This document shows, piece by piece, positions 1 to 11,520 of a DNA stretch of 64,000 nucleotides. Each line of letters opens with the position of its first letter. Positions within the stretch are counted from its first letter, which is position 1. Origin of the DNA: Antedon mediterranea (lineage: Eukaryota > Animalia > Echinodermata); NCBI RefSeq assembly GCF_964355755.1, contig NC_092675.1:615812-679811 (forward strand). The letters run 5' to 3'. Both the position numbers and the translations under genes were made by a program. A model generated the notes under the pieces. That model made no database searches. It worked only from the letters and a program-made list of their open reading frames with translations, and had not been told where the DNA came from.

Positions 1-833
1 ATGTTATTTTATGCAATATATGCAATGAATATATAGTATATTTATTTTACTCAGTGTACTTACAGATATTATTTGGGTTTTTTCAAAGGGGTCAGAAATT
101 CTAGATATAAATGTCAATTTTCCTGTTTCCAAAATGACATGCTTCATTTTGTTTAGTACGTAATATTCAAACAATAAACTATCACAAAATGACAACTATT
201 TGTATCCACAAAAAAAAATTATTTCTTTATGTTTTGTATCAAATTTTTATTTTTATCTTTATTTTTGTCACAGTTAGCGAAAATAATGAATATGAATGAA
301 TACATATTCATCACATAATTAAACTATGTTTATAAAGATAATTAATGATGAAACCAGGAAATAAAGTATGTAAAAAGTGAGACCCCAGATTGCATAATTC
401 ATTCGTTCAGTTTTCTTTTATAGTATAATTACAAATTAAAAAAAAACAATTTCCCTTAAAACTTTAAGCTAATTATTTAAAAAAGTATACATTACTGTAT
501 AAATAGTTACTTTAAAAAGGAAATCTATAAAAAAGCAAAATCTATTTGTATGTAATAACATTTTATTGATGTCAGCACTTTAATAAATTTATGATAAGCT
601 GGTAATGACGGAAATTAAGCTATCTACTGCAATCATCTACAGCTAAAATAGATTTGGTTCAAACGTTAAATGGACTTCCAAGATATTTTATTTTACTGCA
701 ATATGACAAATATAAAAGCTGTTCCTGTATATGCTCTTGCAACATGGACGTCAGCTCTGATCTCATTTGATAAATGATAGGTTAAAAAATACAATTGATT
801 AATCAATTTAGTGCTAAAGACAGATTCTGGATT

Positions 834-1205
834 AAGGAGGATGAAGGAGGGGAATAAGGAGAGGCAGAAGGGGTGTAAGGAGGAGAAAGGAGGGAAAGGA
901 AGGTGTGTATTGGAAGATGAAGAAAGGGAAGTAAGGAGGTGGAAGTAAAGAGGAGGAAGGAGGGACAAGAGGTAGGGGGAGTAAAGAGGATGAGGAAGAG
1001 TAAGGAGGATGAGAAAGGGAGAGTTGGAGGATGATTGAGGAAAGAAATAAGGAGAAGTGAGGATTAATAAGGAGAGGAGGAAGGGGAGTAAGGAAGTGAG
1101 AGAGGGAGAGTAAGGAGAAAAGGGAGGGGGAGTAAGGAAGTGAGAGAGGGAGAGTAAGGAGAAAAGGGAGGGGGAGTAAGGAAGGGAGAGTAGGAGGATG
1201 AGGCG
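834..1205. repeat. Purine-rich (GA) low-complexity tract with an internal ~45-bp tandem repeat (about 1084-1195), in STK11 intron 1
   Basis: Almost pure G/A on the + strand; GGGGAGTAAGGAAGTGAGAGAGGGAGAGTAAGGAGAAAAGGGAG repeated about 2.5 times. Explains the Leu/Ser/Pro-rich ORFs 693-968 and 832-1344. Confidence 0.9.
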
Positions 1206-2088
1206 AGTCGACTTGTTGGAATACCATTTGATGTGGAAAAAAGTCCATAATCAATGCAAAAAAAGAGCTAGACAGATTCTGAAGGAGTAAAGAAAGGTGA
1301 ATAAGGCAAGTCAGCTGATTCACCATGATTAGTGGAAAAATCAATAATCATTGCAAGAAGAGAGCTAACAACGGATTCAGAGGGGTGGAAGGCACAGTGC
1401 TGCCGCTGGTTACTCATTTTGGAATGCATGTGAATAGAATATTCTAGATTATAAATTATGCTAAAAATGATTATAACTGGCCAGTGAATGTTTGAGTGGG
1501 AGGGGCAGGTGGGTTTCTTTATTGAAATGTCTGCTTTGATCAACAACATTTTTTTAGAAATCAATAAAACCACTCATGTGGGAAAGTTATTTGCATGTTG
1601 TACTGTATTTTGGTTTTTACAAGAATTGCATTTTTACACAAAAGCAAATTGCAGTGTTCAATAGGATTAGGATATTTCCATACATAGGTACTATTGAGTG
1701 GGTCCTACACTGAAAGAAACTATTCAAAACAAAAAAATAATAATAATATATAAAATACAAACAATTATTATTATTAAATCAATATTTCACAGTGATATTA
1801 TCAACTTTATATTCGAATGATGAATTCAGCAACATTTATTTATTTATTTTTTGCCAATCTTCATAGCCAAAAACAAAATAGAACGGTACATTAAGTTGTG
1901 ATCAACTACAACCATGTTTTCTTGCATAGCCTATCACATCGGCCTACACTACTAGATTACAGTCAGTAGCTAGGGCTAGCCTACCACCAAGCCCACCATC
2001 TGTTTCTGTTGCGTGTTTGTGTGATCTGGAATTCAATGTTCTGAAGAATAACATAAAAACAATATTTGATTTCTATCTATAGGCCTAC

Positions 2089-2414
2089 CTCTGTACATTT
2101 TGATCTCCATTTGGAATTTTTCTTAATTTTCTTCTTTTCAAAATTTTAACGGCTCGCCTGCACAATGTCTCAGAATCTAAAACTTCTTTTACTTTACCGT
2201 AAGAACCTTCTCCAAGCACATCACCCATAAGATATTTACCAACCATTTTAGCCTTCTTCCTCCGTGGTTGATAGATAATTTCTGCAGAGTCAACCCTGTG
2301 AATGAAGGGGAAGTCCACATCATCGTTCAGATAGGCAATGTGATCTACGCTGGGTGTAAACGGAGTGAAACTTTGATTCGTTTCCTCTATGTACATGTCT
2401 GCATCGACCATCAT
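2089..2414 (-). CDS. STK11: Serine/threonine kinase STK11/LKB1 (PAR-4), coding exon 1 (partial gene)
   Basis: Translation [73 protein letters not shown] closely matches the LKB1 N-lobe (NLS PRRK, glycine loop [11 protein letters not shown] lysine). Ends at a phase-2 donor AG|gtaggc (2089/2088), the same position as vertebrate STK11 intron 1. Confidence 0.97.
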
Positions 2415-2479
2415 AAACAGCCCTTCAACTGTTGGTAAACAACAAAATATCCTATCTTTTTTCCAGTGTACAGGCTAGG

Positions 2480-2700
2480 AGCAAACCCAACCCATTCTCT
2501 TTTTTTCGCGCACGCTACTTTCCCCGCTACATACCGTTCGCCATAATGTTTATGAAGTGAAATCGAGGCTGGTTAGGTCACATGAGTAAACAAACCGTTT
2601 TATTTGGCTGCGGTCCAACGCGATTTGACCGTAAAAAAACAATAGTGTGTTGTAGTACACGCCCACGCAAACCAATCAACGTCCTGAAATATAATGGTAA
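2480..2700 (-). promoter_or_regulatory. Putative STK11 promoter / TSS region
   Basis: Locally CpG-rich stretch directly upstream of the ATG, with a YY1-like CGCCAT (~2539), E-box GTCACATG (~2577), Sp/KLF-like CACGCCCAC (~2658) and CCAAT (~2672). Motif inference only. Confidence 0.55.
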
Positions 2701-3665
2701 ATCTAGGGCAGTTCCGATTTTATAACCTACAATAAGTAATTCCAACGTATCCAGGAACCTAATTTATATCTTACCTTCCTGTGGATTGGGGCTTACTTTT
2801 CAAAATATATCCACACATTTTATTTTGTCTACATTGTAAATAATTAAGGCCTTCCAAGACTGAGGAGGGCCTATAAGTATAGCCTATTATTTTCCAGATT
2901 TATTGTTAAATGTTAAATGTATTATTACTGGTCCTCAAGTTTAACTGGAAAACTGAGGAAACGAAACAAAACTATCTGATGTAATTTGTGAAGTTTATTT
3001 GTGTATATCTATAAGGCGGCTATCACACAAGTTACATTTTCACATGCACAAGTTTATCTCATTTTCAAATAAAGAGTTCATTGTTATCAAGAATAATAAA
3101 TTAAACTCGGTTTCTTGAAAAGAATTTTTCATATCTGGAAATATTCTTTAAATCTTTCCTGAAAGTGAAGAAAAAAATGCACTTATTTTAATAGTTTTTT
3201 TTGTTAGGTTATAAGGATGAATGATCTAGACGACATTTGCTCATATAATGTTACTTTGTTGGAAATAGATCAAAACGCGACCAATTAAAGAAGGCCTCTA
3301 CTTACGCGAGAAGTTATCCTCCTGATTAACATTTTTAAACTATAGAGGTCGCCAGACCAAATTAGTGACATTTGCATTGCACATTATTGAGTATTCTAGT
3401 AATATTTATACTACAGCTGATGATTATTATATTATATTGAACTGTACCTTGTATTTGTATTACATACCAATGTATAGTTCAGAGTATGTGTATTCGTTCA
3501 TCTTTTCCGTCTTGCGTATCTGTATCTTGAAAAATGATGGGCCAAAATAATAAACATCGCACCCTTTCTCATCAACTTGGTTGCCGCTCTATTTTTTAAG
3601 TGCCTCACTATTAGAAACACGTGGTTACTAGGCACCCAGGAGGCACAACGTTGATGTCTTAAAAT

Positions 3666-4785
3666 CAGTGGCGGATCTAGGGGGGGTGAATAGGGTGGCT
3701 AGCCACCCCCCTTAATTCTCAAAAAAAAAAAAAAAGATGCAACCTAATCGCGATTGACCGTCGCTAGACGTGGATTAATCTTTTAATTAAGAAGAGTAGG
3801 CCTAGCTAGGCCCTACTAGAGCTAGGGTTAGCATTAATAGTTGTGTGTAAATAGGCCTACACAGTGAAAGAGCTAAGAGTTCAATTACTATTATGAATTC
3901 AAGAGTTTAAAAAGAAAACACGATTTACAATCTTTGGAAAATGGAAAATACCCATTTTCAAAACACACGCACTCCTAAAACTACCAGCGTCACGTTGTCA
4001 AGCTCGCTCCTCGTGTGAATGCTGACGTCATCACTCTCCAAAATACACCATTTTCCATTGCAGTTAATTTCCGCCGCCCTGGTCCGTGTGTGCACAAGCG
4101 TTAGCGTGGTATATTTACACCCCTGAGTGGAGTGTAATATCGGGAACTTTTTTCTCGCGCATGAAAGTTTTTTGTATAATATTATGGTATGCAGTATAAA
4201 CGATAAAAATAAACGAGAAACATGGTGTTCTTTTATTATTTTATAGGCATAAAATAAACATGAAATGTCTTGTATGTACACGGGACGGCCGAAAAAAGTA
4301 TGTGGCGTATTTGGCGTTTTTTGATTTGTGTTATAGACACGGCGATTACTGCGATCATTGTATACCAAATTACATTGAGTTATTCACCCGGCTGTAGGGT
4401 ATATATCTCTGAGGTTAACAGACCACCAAAACACGGTACACAACACATGCACTCTATCGAGGCATTTTCGGAGTACCGCATTACCAAATGTTCATTTTGT
4501 TTGAAGGTTTTTCGATCAAAGTTTATTATTAGTTCGTCGAAAAAGATCCGTACAGTATTTAGGAAGGATGTATTTAAATTTACATTATGTAATATTTGTT
4601 ATTAAGTGTGATGGAAACAGTTTCTCTAGCCTATTAAACAGTGTGTAAGCATCTATTTTTTCAAAAATTTTCGGAGCCTCGGGAGGGGGACACCCCCTCC
4701 CAAACCCTCCCCGGCTCGGTGCTACGCACCTCGTTTGCCACTTTCGTGGCCACCCCCCCCTCGTTAGATCCTAGATCCGCCACTG
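3666..4785. mobile_element. Non-autonomous hAT-like (hAT5-type) DNA transposon, 1120 bp
   Basis: 16-bp perfect TIR CAGTGGCGGATCTAGG at 3666 and its reverse complement ending at 4785; 5-bp direct repeat AAAAT on both flanks (3661-3665, 4786-4790); no transposase ORF. Confidence 0.85.
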
Positions 4786-5869
4786 AAAATATACAAGTTT
4801 CCACAGGACACAGATAGTTACAGCTGCTACTAAGGAAATTGTGGAGAACTGCTTTCCAAGTACTAGCCATAATAAACAGGCCTAAATAATTATGTAAGCC
4901 AATTAATTAAACATAATATACAGCATTGTCTTTTCAGAAGCCTACGAAGGTACAATAATTCCTGGCGTACTTATTTCAAACGTAAATTATAAATTTTTAA
5001 AAAGGATTGTCATTATTTTATTTTAGTTTTCTCAAGGTAATATTTTCAAATTCAAATGTTAACCATTAATATTTGCAATGTTTTGAATTACAATCTTCGA
5101 CCCGTTTACAAATTGGCTGCAATTATGTAATGGTACGGTAGTGTTTTCATAATAATAATATAAACAGTTTTAAGTAACGCCCTCTATATGCAACCAGTCA
5201 GCTCATACGACGAACAGTTAATCAAACTCCATCCTCTCCAGGGTTATCGTAAGAAATGCAAAACATTAAACCATGGAGAAATGAGTTATTTCCAATAATT
5301 GAACGAAAGATAGGCCTACAGGTGAAATACAAGTATATAACAACAACAACAAAAACATAGAAGCAATTGTTTATAAAGTATTTTTGTTATTAAAACATAT
5401 TTTAATTTTAAATATTGAACTAATCGAAGGATTAAAACGTGTGAAGGTGGTGTTTTGTACAAAATGATATACTGTACAGTATTTATAACCAAATGATTTA
5501 ATGTCTTTGAAAATGATCGACACATGGTTGAAAACAATACTAGAAAATCTTGCACACTTTATCACAGCGATTTGTAGAAATAAGTCACTACAACATAATC
5601 AATTAAAACTAATTAACAATATTATTATTATTACCTTCAAAATAATAATCATTTAGGCCTGGATTCAGCTTTCTTCTTCTTTTTTCGGACCCAAATAAAG
5701 TTTTAAAACTTCCTACATTAAATTACGAGTTACACAAAATTTGATTTCAAATTCAAGTTTACTAGGCCTAAAATATTGAATTTAGTGTAAGTAGGCCCTA
5801 ATTATTAAATGTAAAATGTTAGGCCTACATTATCATTTTCCTTTTACTAGGTGTTCATTGGAATCTCCA

Positions 5870-6470
5870 ACTACAATCTTATTATGATCGATACCTGCTA
5901 TGATCATTAACTCGTGATCTTATTATGATCGATTATGATGATGATAGCTTCTATGATCATGATCTTATTCTTATCAATAGCTGCCATGATCTTATGATCA
6001 ATATAGAATGCTATCTTATGATCAATAGCTGATCGTATTTTGACCAATACCTTTTTGATGATATTATGATCAATAGCTCTTATGATCATGAGCTTATTCT
6101 GATCGATAGCTGCCATGAGCTTATTATGATCGATAGCTGCTATGACCTTATTATGATCAATAGCATGTTTTATCGTATTATGATCAATAGCTGTTTGATC
6201 GTATTATGATCGATAGCTGCATGATCGTAATCATAAATAGCTGCTATGATCTTATGATCAATAGCTCCTATGATCTTATTATGATCAATAGCTCCTATGA
6301 TCTTATTATGATTAACAGCTGCCATCATATGATCATATTATGATCTATTACGATCTTATACGGATAATGATTAACTGCCATTATCTTTCTGTGAAGCTGA
6401 TTGTGATCAATAGCTACTATGATCTTATTGTGACAATAGATGACCTTATTTTAATCATATACCCTTATTA
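5870..6470. repeat. Degenerate ~24-30-bp minisatellite (GATCTTATTATGATCAATAGCTGCTAT-like)
   Basis: About 20 imperfect copies rich in GATC/TGATCA; explains ORF 5907-6116. Confidence 0.9.
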
Positions 6471-6788
6471 TGAATGTGAGTTGCTACTGTGTAATTATAC
6501 ATGTAATTAAACAGGTTTTTATTAACTCCATAAACCAGGGGAAAATAATAAAACATTAGCAAAACAATCTATATCTATAATTCAACATCAAACCATGGTT
6601 TTAATTGCATTGCAACATCTCAATACATTTTGTAGATATTGTATTAAAATAATATTTATCAATGAATATTAATGCCATCATGTATCAAACATTTCTGCGT
6701 TTGGCCAGACAGCTATTTTACAATCACTTCATTTTTATAATATCCTACTTTTCCTTGTTTAAAAAAGTAGAAAATAGGTGTGTATTAA

Positions 6789-6960
6789 AGATGTATTGTC
6801 CTCTGAAAAACTGATTAAAAAAAATGTTTTGTTGAATATGCCATTTTAATGTAACATTCCCTTTGACCAAAAATTGGATCGAAAAATGTATTTTTCTAAA
6901 AACTGTAATTTAAAGCAAAAAAATGGTCAAATTGGCTGCCAGCCAATGGTCTGATTAAAT
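6789..6960 (+). mobile_element. Left end of a Kolobok-like (TTAA-target) non-autonomous element
   Basis: TTAA|AGATGTATTGTCC start; shares TGTATTGTCC-CTGAAAAA...AATATGCCATTTTAAT with 42202-42321 and CAAATTGGCTGCCAG with ~23416-23440. Superfamily inferred from TTAA plus purine termini. Confidence 0.45.
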
Positions 6961-7762
6961 AAATCTTCATTTTCAGGTTTTGTGTAAGTGTAACTTAATG
7001 TTAAAACTCATTTGAGTGGTAGCTGTAACTTTAACATTAAAGAAAGTTGATTTAGACATTTACTTACTATCGAAGTTGTTACTGAATATCAATATAATAA
7101 TTTCCATTGGCAGAAGCCGGCCGGCAACTAGTTAAGTAATTCATTTGTAATTAAAAAATAAGTTATTATCATTTTATTTTAAATGTCGCTGAGAATACAT
7201 TGTATAAAGCTAATGGAATGAACACGTTTACTTTGAACCTTTTACGTTGACTTCATCAACGTAAATTGTTGTTATCGATCTTAAGTAATGGCTTGTCTAC
7301 TCATTTATATTTCCCATTTCATTAAAACCTTTCGAACAAAATTATTATTATCATTATTTTAAATATCTTTAGGCCTATTAGTAAAATTATCAATGTTTGT
7401 ACTTTTTGAAGCTCTTTACTATTAAAAAACAACAATCCATTACAGTTTTAAAATTTTGCAATTTATACAGATTATTACAGGATGAAATTAGTCGATTATC
7501 GGTATACTGTATCTATAATTTTTTCAGTATCATAAGTAGATTGTGTAATACAGTATCATATGTATCACATGTGACGCCTGTATAATAATAAGCTTAATCT
7601 AACCATAACGTAATACAGGTATCACATGATAACATGTGACGCTGTATTACAGAATTTGCCTTGATACTGAATTGAGATAATGCCATATGTGGAGATACAG
7701 TACTGATAATGTGGTGATGAAATTCAAGTGATGGAACAGTCGTGAAATAATTGTCTTAAATT

Positions 7763-8249
7763 TCAAAGCGCCGACTCTATCTTACATATCACTTCATGAC
7801 GAGAACATGATACATTATTGTTTGAAATCTGTTTGCCTATTGGTGGAAAGAGTGGTTCTAAAAAGTCAGTAGTATCCGCCGAGAAACTGTCGTTACTGCT
7901 ATACTGGTCTGTCTCGTGATAGTCTAGTCCTGGATTAGTATTACAGTTCATTTCTGTTGAAAGATGTGATAAAATAGGCGCAGAATATCCATGCTCTTGT
8001 GCAATACTTTGTTCATGTTCTAACATTATATTATACATTTCATAACTTGTTACTGGACGGGGCATCTTAGGTTTCCACGGATCGCTCCTAGAATATGGCA
8101 TCGAATGGTCAGTAGAATATGGTACCAAATGGTCAGTAGAATATGGCACCGAATGGCCAGTAGTTCTGATTGTTGCTGTCGTTAAAAAAGGTGGTTTTGA
8201 AAGTGGAATTATTGGAGATCGATAATTACGAGCTCTTAAAGGCACAAAT
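7763..8249 (-). CDS. Prostanoid-receptor-like GPCR, coding exon 3 (distal C-tail, ends ...KIESAL*)
   Basis: Strong acceptor ttgttttcttttgtttcag| at 8250. Phase 2 matches the exon-2 donor (AG+A = Arg). Open for 162 codons to TGA at 7763-7765. Ser/Thr-rich, with a class I PDZ-type C-terminus. Confidence 0.75.
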
Positions 8250-8776
8250 CTGAAACAAAAGAAAACAAGAGTTATCTTTATGTTTTCATTACAAATACAC
8301 TTTTTTTTGCACTGACAAAACAGACGAATTATGACAACATTTTACTAAACTTCTAGGACTCAACTGTTAGACGTCCTTGTATAAAAATAAGATATTTAAA
8401 TTATCAAACATTATCAATATTAACTTGTACTATATAATACTGATTGTAAAGAGATATTCAGAAGGAAGAAAGTCAGAGAGAAATTTAGAAGAAGAAATAG
8501 AAAAAAAGTACGAGATATATTTGAACATTCGGTTTTGCGACTTTTTTAAAATTATGAAATTATCGAAATAATATTTTTCATAAAAAAACCTTTTTTAAAT
8601 GTTGATAATCAACAGTAAAAGTCGCCATTTGCTACATTACATTTTCTATTAAAGTCGTAATGTATTTTTTATCAATTTTGTTGTGGTCATTTCAAATACA
8701 TCTCATGTAATAGACAGAAAATGAGCATAGAGAGATACTGACAAGAAGTCTGAGAAGTTCACAGTTCAAAGTTCAC

Positions 8777-9300
8777 CTTTCAGGGGCATCCATTCTTGTT
8801 TGTATCTCTTGTATGGACATACAATCATCTTCTGACGACCCGAGTCTCTCACCGTCAGAAATGGAGGACAACTTATCCATGTTGTCCCCATTTTGATCAT
8901 GTGATGTCCACAGTTTTGGGTCATGTACTCGAGTGTGAACCCACGTTTTATCCGTTTTGTAACGCGTCAAATCGTTTGATCCCGTCATAATACGACCGTT
9001 ACGTCGAACAGAGTTGACGCTTACTATTTGACTGTTGCAATTTGGTAAACTGCGTTCAAGCGAATCCATAGGAAACTCCATGCTGGGTCCATAAATTGTT
9101 CGTTCAGCTGTCGTTTCCAAATCACGTCGTTTTGGACAGCAGACTCGTTTACACGGACTACAGAAACACGAAAGGAATTGTCGATGAAAAAATATATACA
9201 TGTAGGGCACTGCGACTGGAAATGCTAACACAATATTCAACGCGTACAAATCCTTTGAGTTGTCCACTGGTTGACCTGTTGTATTAGCAATTATACGCAT
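8777..9300 (-). CDS. Prostanoid-receptor-like GPCR, coding exon 2 (ECL3, TM7, helix 8, proximal tail)
   Basis: Acceptor tgctttttttcag|ATG at 9301/9300, phase 0 with exon 1. MRIIAN...DLYALNIVLAFPVAVPYMYIFF aligns to prostanoid ECL3/TM7 (e.g. EP4 VRVFVN...DLQAIRIASVNPILDPWIYIL). Cys cluster after helix 8; donor AG|gtgaac at 8777. Confidence 0.88.
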
Positions 9301-9650
9301 CTGAAAAAAAGCAAACACATTTCTATATTGCTTATCTCAAATTTTTAATACATAATGGTTTAAAACAAAATATACACAGATGGTTTTATTGTATATTGTC
9401 ACGCAGATATTACAATAATTTATCATGAATACTACGATTTAATATTTATAAATCCATTCTCACACAGATGTCCACTGGTTATATTTAAACATAGGTTCTG
9501 TTTGAATGAAATATTATTCAAATATTGTAAACAAATATTAATAATATTCTATATGATTAGTAAATAAAAAATTGTCACGGAGAAATATAATTAATTAGGC
9601 GGCTTGCTTTTCTATCATACAGTAGAAAGTATAGAGGACACATCCTGGAC

Positions 9651-10038
9651 TATGGCGCGTCAAGCTGTCATTTATTCAGGCAATAGAGATATCTTAGTTT
9701 TAAACAAAGGTATCTTAGTTTTAAATAGAGATATCTCTATTAAAAACTAAGATATCTCTATTTAAAACTAAGATATCTTAATTTTTAATAGAGATATCCC
9801 TATTAACAGAGATATCTGTATTTAAAACTAAGATATCTCTATTAAAAACTAAAATATCTCTATTTAAAACTAAGATATCTTTGTTAATAGAGATATCTCT
9901 ATTAAAAACTAACATATCTTAGTTTTAAATAGAGATATCTTAGTTTTTAATAGAGATATCTCTATTTAAAACTAAGATATCTTAGTTTAAAACTAAGATA
10001 TCTTTATTTCCGAATAAATGACAGCTTGGCACGCCATA
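9651..10038. mobile_element. Non-autonomous IS3EU-like element (388 bp)
   Basis: ~27-bp TIR TATGGCGYGYCAAGCTGTCATTTATTC at both ends; 6-bp TSD CTGGAC (9645-9650, 10039-10044); interior built of AGAGATATCTCT / AAAACTAAGATATC repeats in both orientations. TAY termini plus a 6-bp TSD fit IS3EU. Confidence 0.85.
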
Positions 10039-10869
10039 CTGGACCCAACAACAACGTTTCCTCTTAAATGATTCTGACTGAATTTACATACGGGTTATTC
10101 GTAAATTGCACCGCGTTCACTTCGTCTCCTTAGGCCTATGGTAGTGGTATCCCCGATTAGTTTATTTGTAACATTCTGATACAAAGAAATATATATAATT
10201 TTATACGGAAAATGAAAGATCATGGCCCAGCCAGTATTATTTAAAATTGTTACAAGGAAAATGAAACCAGTTTGACATTTGTACATAGTTCATAGTACAA
10301 ATTATCATCACTTCCTAATAGCAAGTATAGAGGTTTATGTTTTTAAGAAGTCTGAAAACTTGTATTATCGATGGTCACTTTGTTTTGAACAGCTTGAACT
10401 GTATTTATTTGTGCGAATTGTGAGTAATCCGTCTATTTCAAGAGGACAATTGGTTAAATCTCATCGGAATAATTCCAAATACATCCAATTATGGTCTCTA
10501 ATGTACAATAATTAGATACGTCTTCATAGTAATAATGAGTCACTCAAAACACCATATACTCTATAGTATACTGTCTTAATGCCGATGCTTAAATTCACTT
10601 TCTTAGAATTATGTTTGGTGACATTTGTTGGATTGATTGACTGTATACCTGGTAATTTAATTTAACGGTAATGCGCGTGCGTGCGTCATTCTGGTTTAGA
10701 TATATTTTGTAAACAGGTTCAATGACGTAATTATATCATCTTATTTTAGTGTTTTTAGTTATCAAAATAGTAATACTAATTACTATATATTAAAACTGTA
10801 TATGAAGAATCAAGTGTTATTACTTTATGGTGATAATGCAAATGTACCTAATGCATGGTAATCTTACTT

Positions 10870-11280
10870 AGCACCTAAAGCCTACAGCTTAATACAATGT
10901 TTCTAAGCGCTTTACACACAAAATGATCCATTAAATATCCTAAGATATGCCAAAAAAGGGAGAAAAGCAATGAACCATTACATCTCCCCCAGCACGTTGA
11001 AGCTCTTAGAAAGCTCGTCGGAACATAATCCACAAAAGCTCGAGTGAAAGAGGTTTTGAAACATTAAGTTGTTTTTTTTAGATGATCCTAATGACCTATA
11101 AGAGATCATCTACAAAAATGGTGGTATGGTATAGTGTGAGGCCAAGCAATGTATGATAGGGAAGTTGAGTTCAAAATCTTGTATTGTCAGCAGAATCTTG
11201 GAAATTAATAACGATATGGACGATTATAGGCATACAGGTAATGGTAGGGATACGATAAGGGTAAGGGCACGCAGACCTAC
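10870..11280 (-). mobile_element. Highly decayed L2/CR1-group LINE 3' end
   Basis: The minus strand shows remnants of the WNxLP and LKTxLF-xxAF motifs and a TGTAAAGCGCTT tail motif typical of L2-group 3' ends; heavily frameshifted. Confidence 0.35.
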
Positions 11281-11285
11281 CAACT

Positions 11286-11520
11286 CGACCTCAGATTGGG
11301 CGAGAAGACGTGCTGAATTTAAGCAATTTAAAATTACTAAGCAAAGGAAAAGAATTACTAGCAATGATTCCCTCAGTAGCGGCGAGTGAAGCGTGATCAG
11401 CCCAGTGCCGAATCCCCGTGCCTGAACGGTACGCGGGAAATGTGGCGTAAGAAAGCCCGCGCGTGTTATCGGGCTTTATTTCCTTCTGAGCGAGGCCTCC
11501 CGTAGAGGGTGTCAGGCCCC
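11286..11520 (+). pseudogene. Degenerate fragment of the 5' end of 28S rRNA
   Basis: CGACCTCAGAT...GCTGAATTTAAGCA...AGGAAAAGAA...GATTCCCTCAGTAGCGGCGAGTGAAGCG...AGCCCAGTGCCGAATCCCC...TCCTTCTGAGCGAGGCC...GGGTGTCAGGCC matches the conserved 5'/D1 region of eukaryotic LSU rRNA. Contains indels; no flanking 5.8S/ITS2. Confidence 0.93.

Noticed and set aside
693-1573. Leu/Pro/Ser-rich ORFs on the minus strand
   Set aside because: Translation of a low-complexity polypyrimidine tract and a ~100-bp local duplication; no kinase exon-2 motif (EIxLL...HxNV) was found in 1-2088.
3958-4870. ORFs inside the hAT-like element as a transposase
   Set aside because: Short, with no BED finger, DDE or hAT dimerisation motifs.
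7111-7132. GCCGGCCGGC palindrome followed by CTAG|T, resembling a Helitron 3' end
   Set aside because: No matching 5' end or second copy in the window; too short to support.
9119-9142. Similarity of exon-2 sequence ATCACGTCGTTTTGGACAGC to the 12.1-12.9 kb motif
   Set aside because: Short, gapped match; translations of the array show no open frame or receptor similarity.
11286-11520. Functional rRNA gene
   Set aside because: Only ~235 bp, with indels in conserved helices and no rDNA unit context; reported as a pseudogene fragment.
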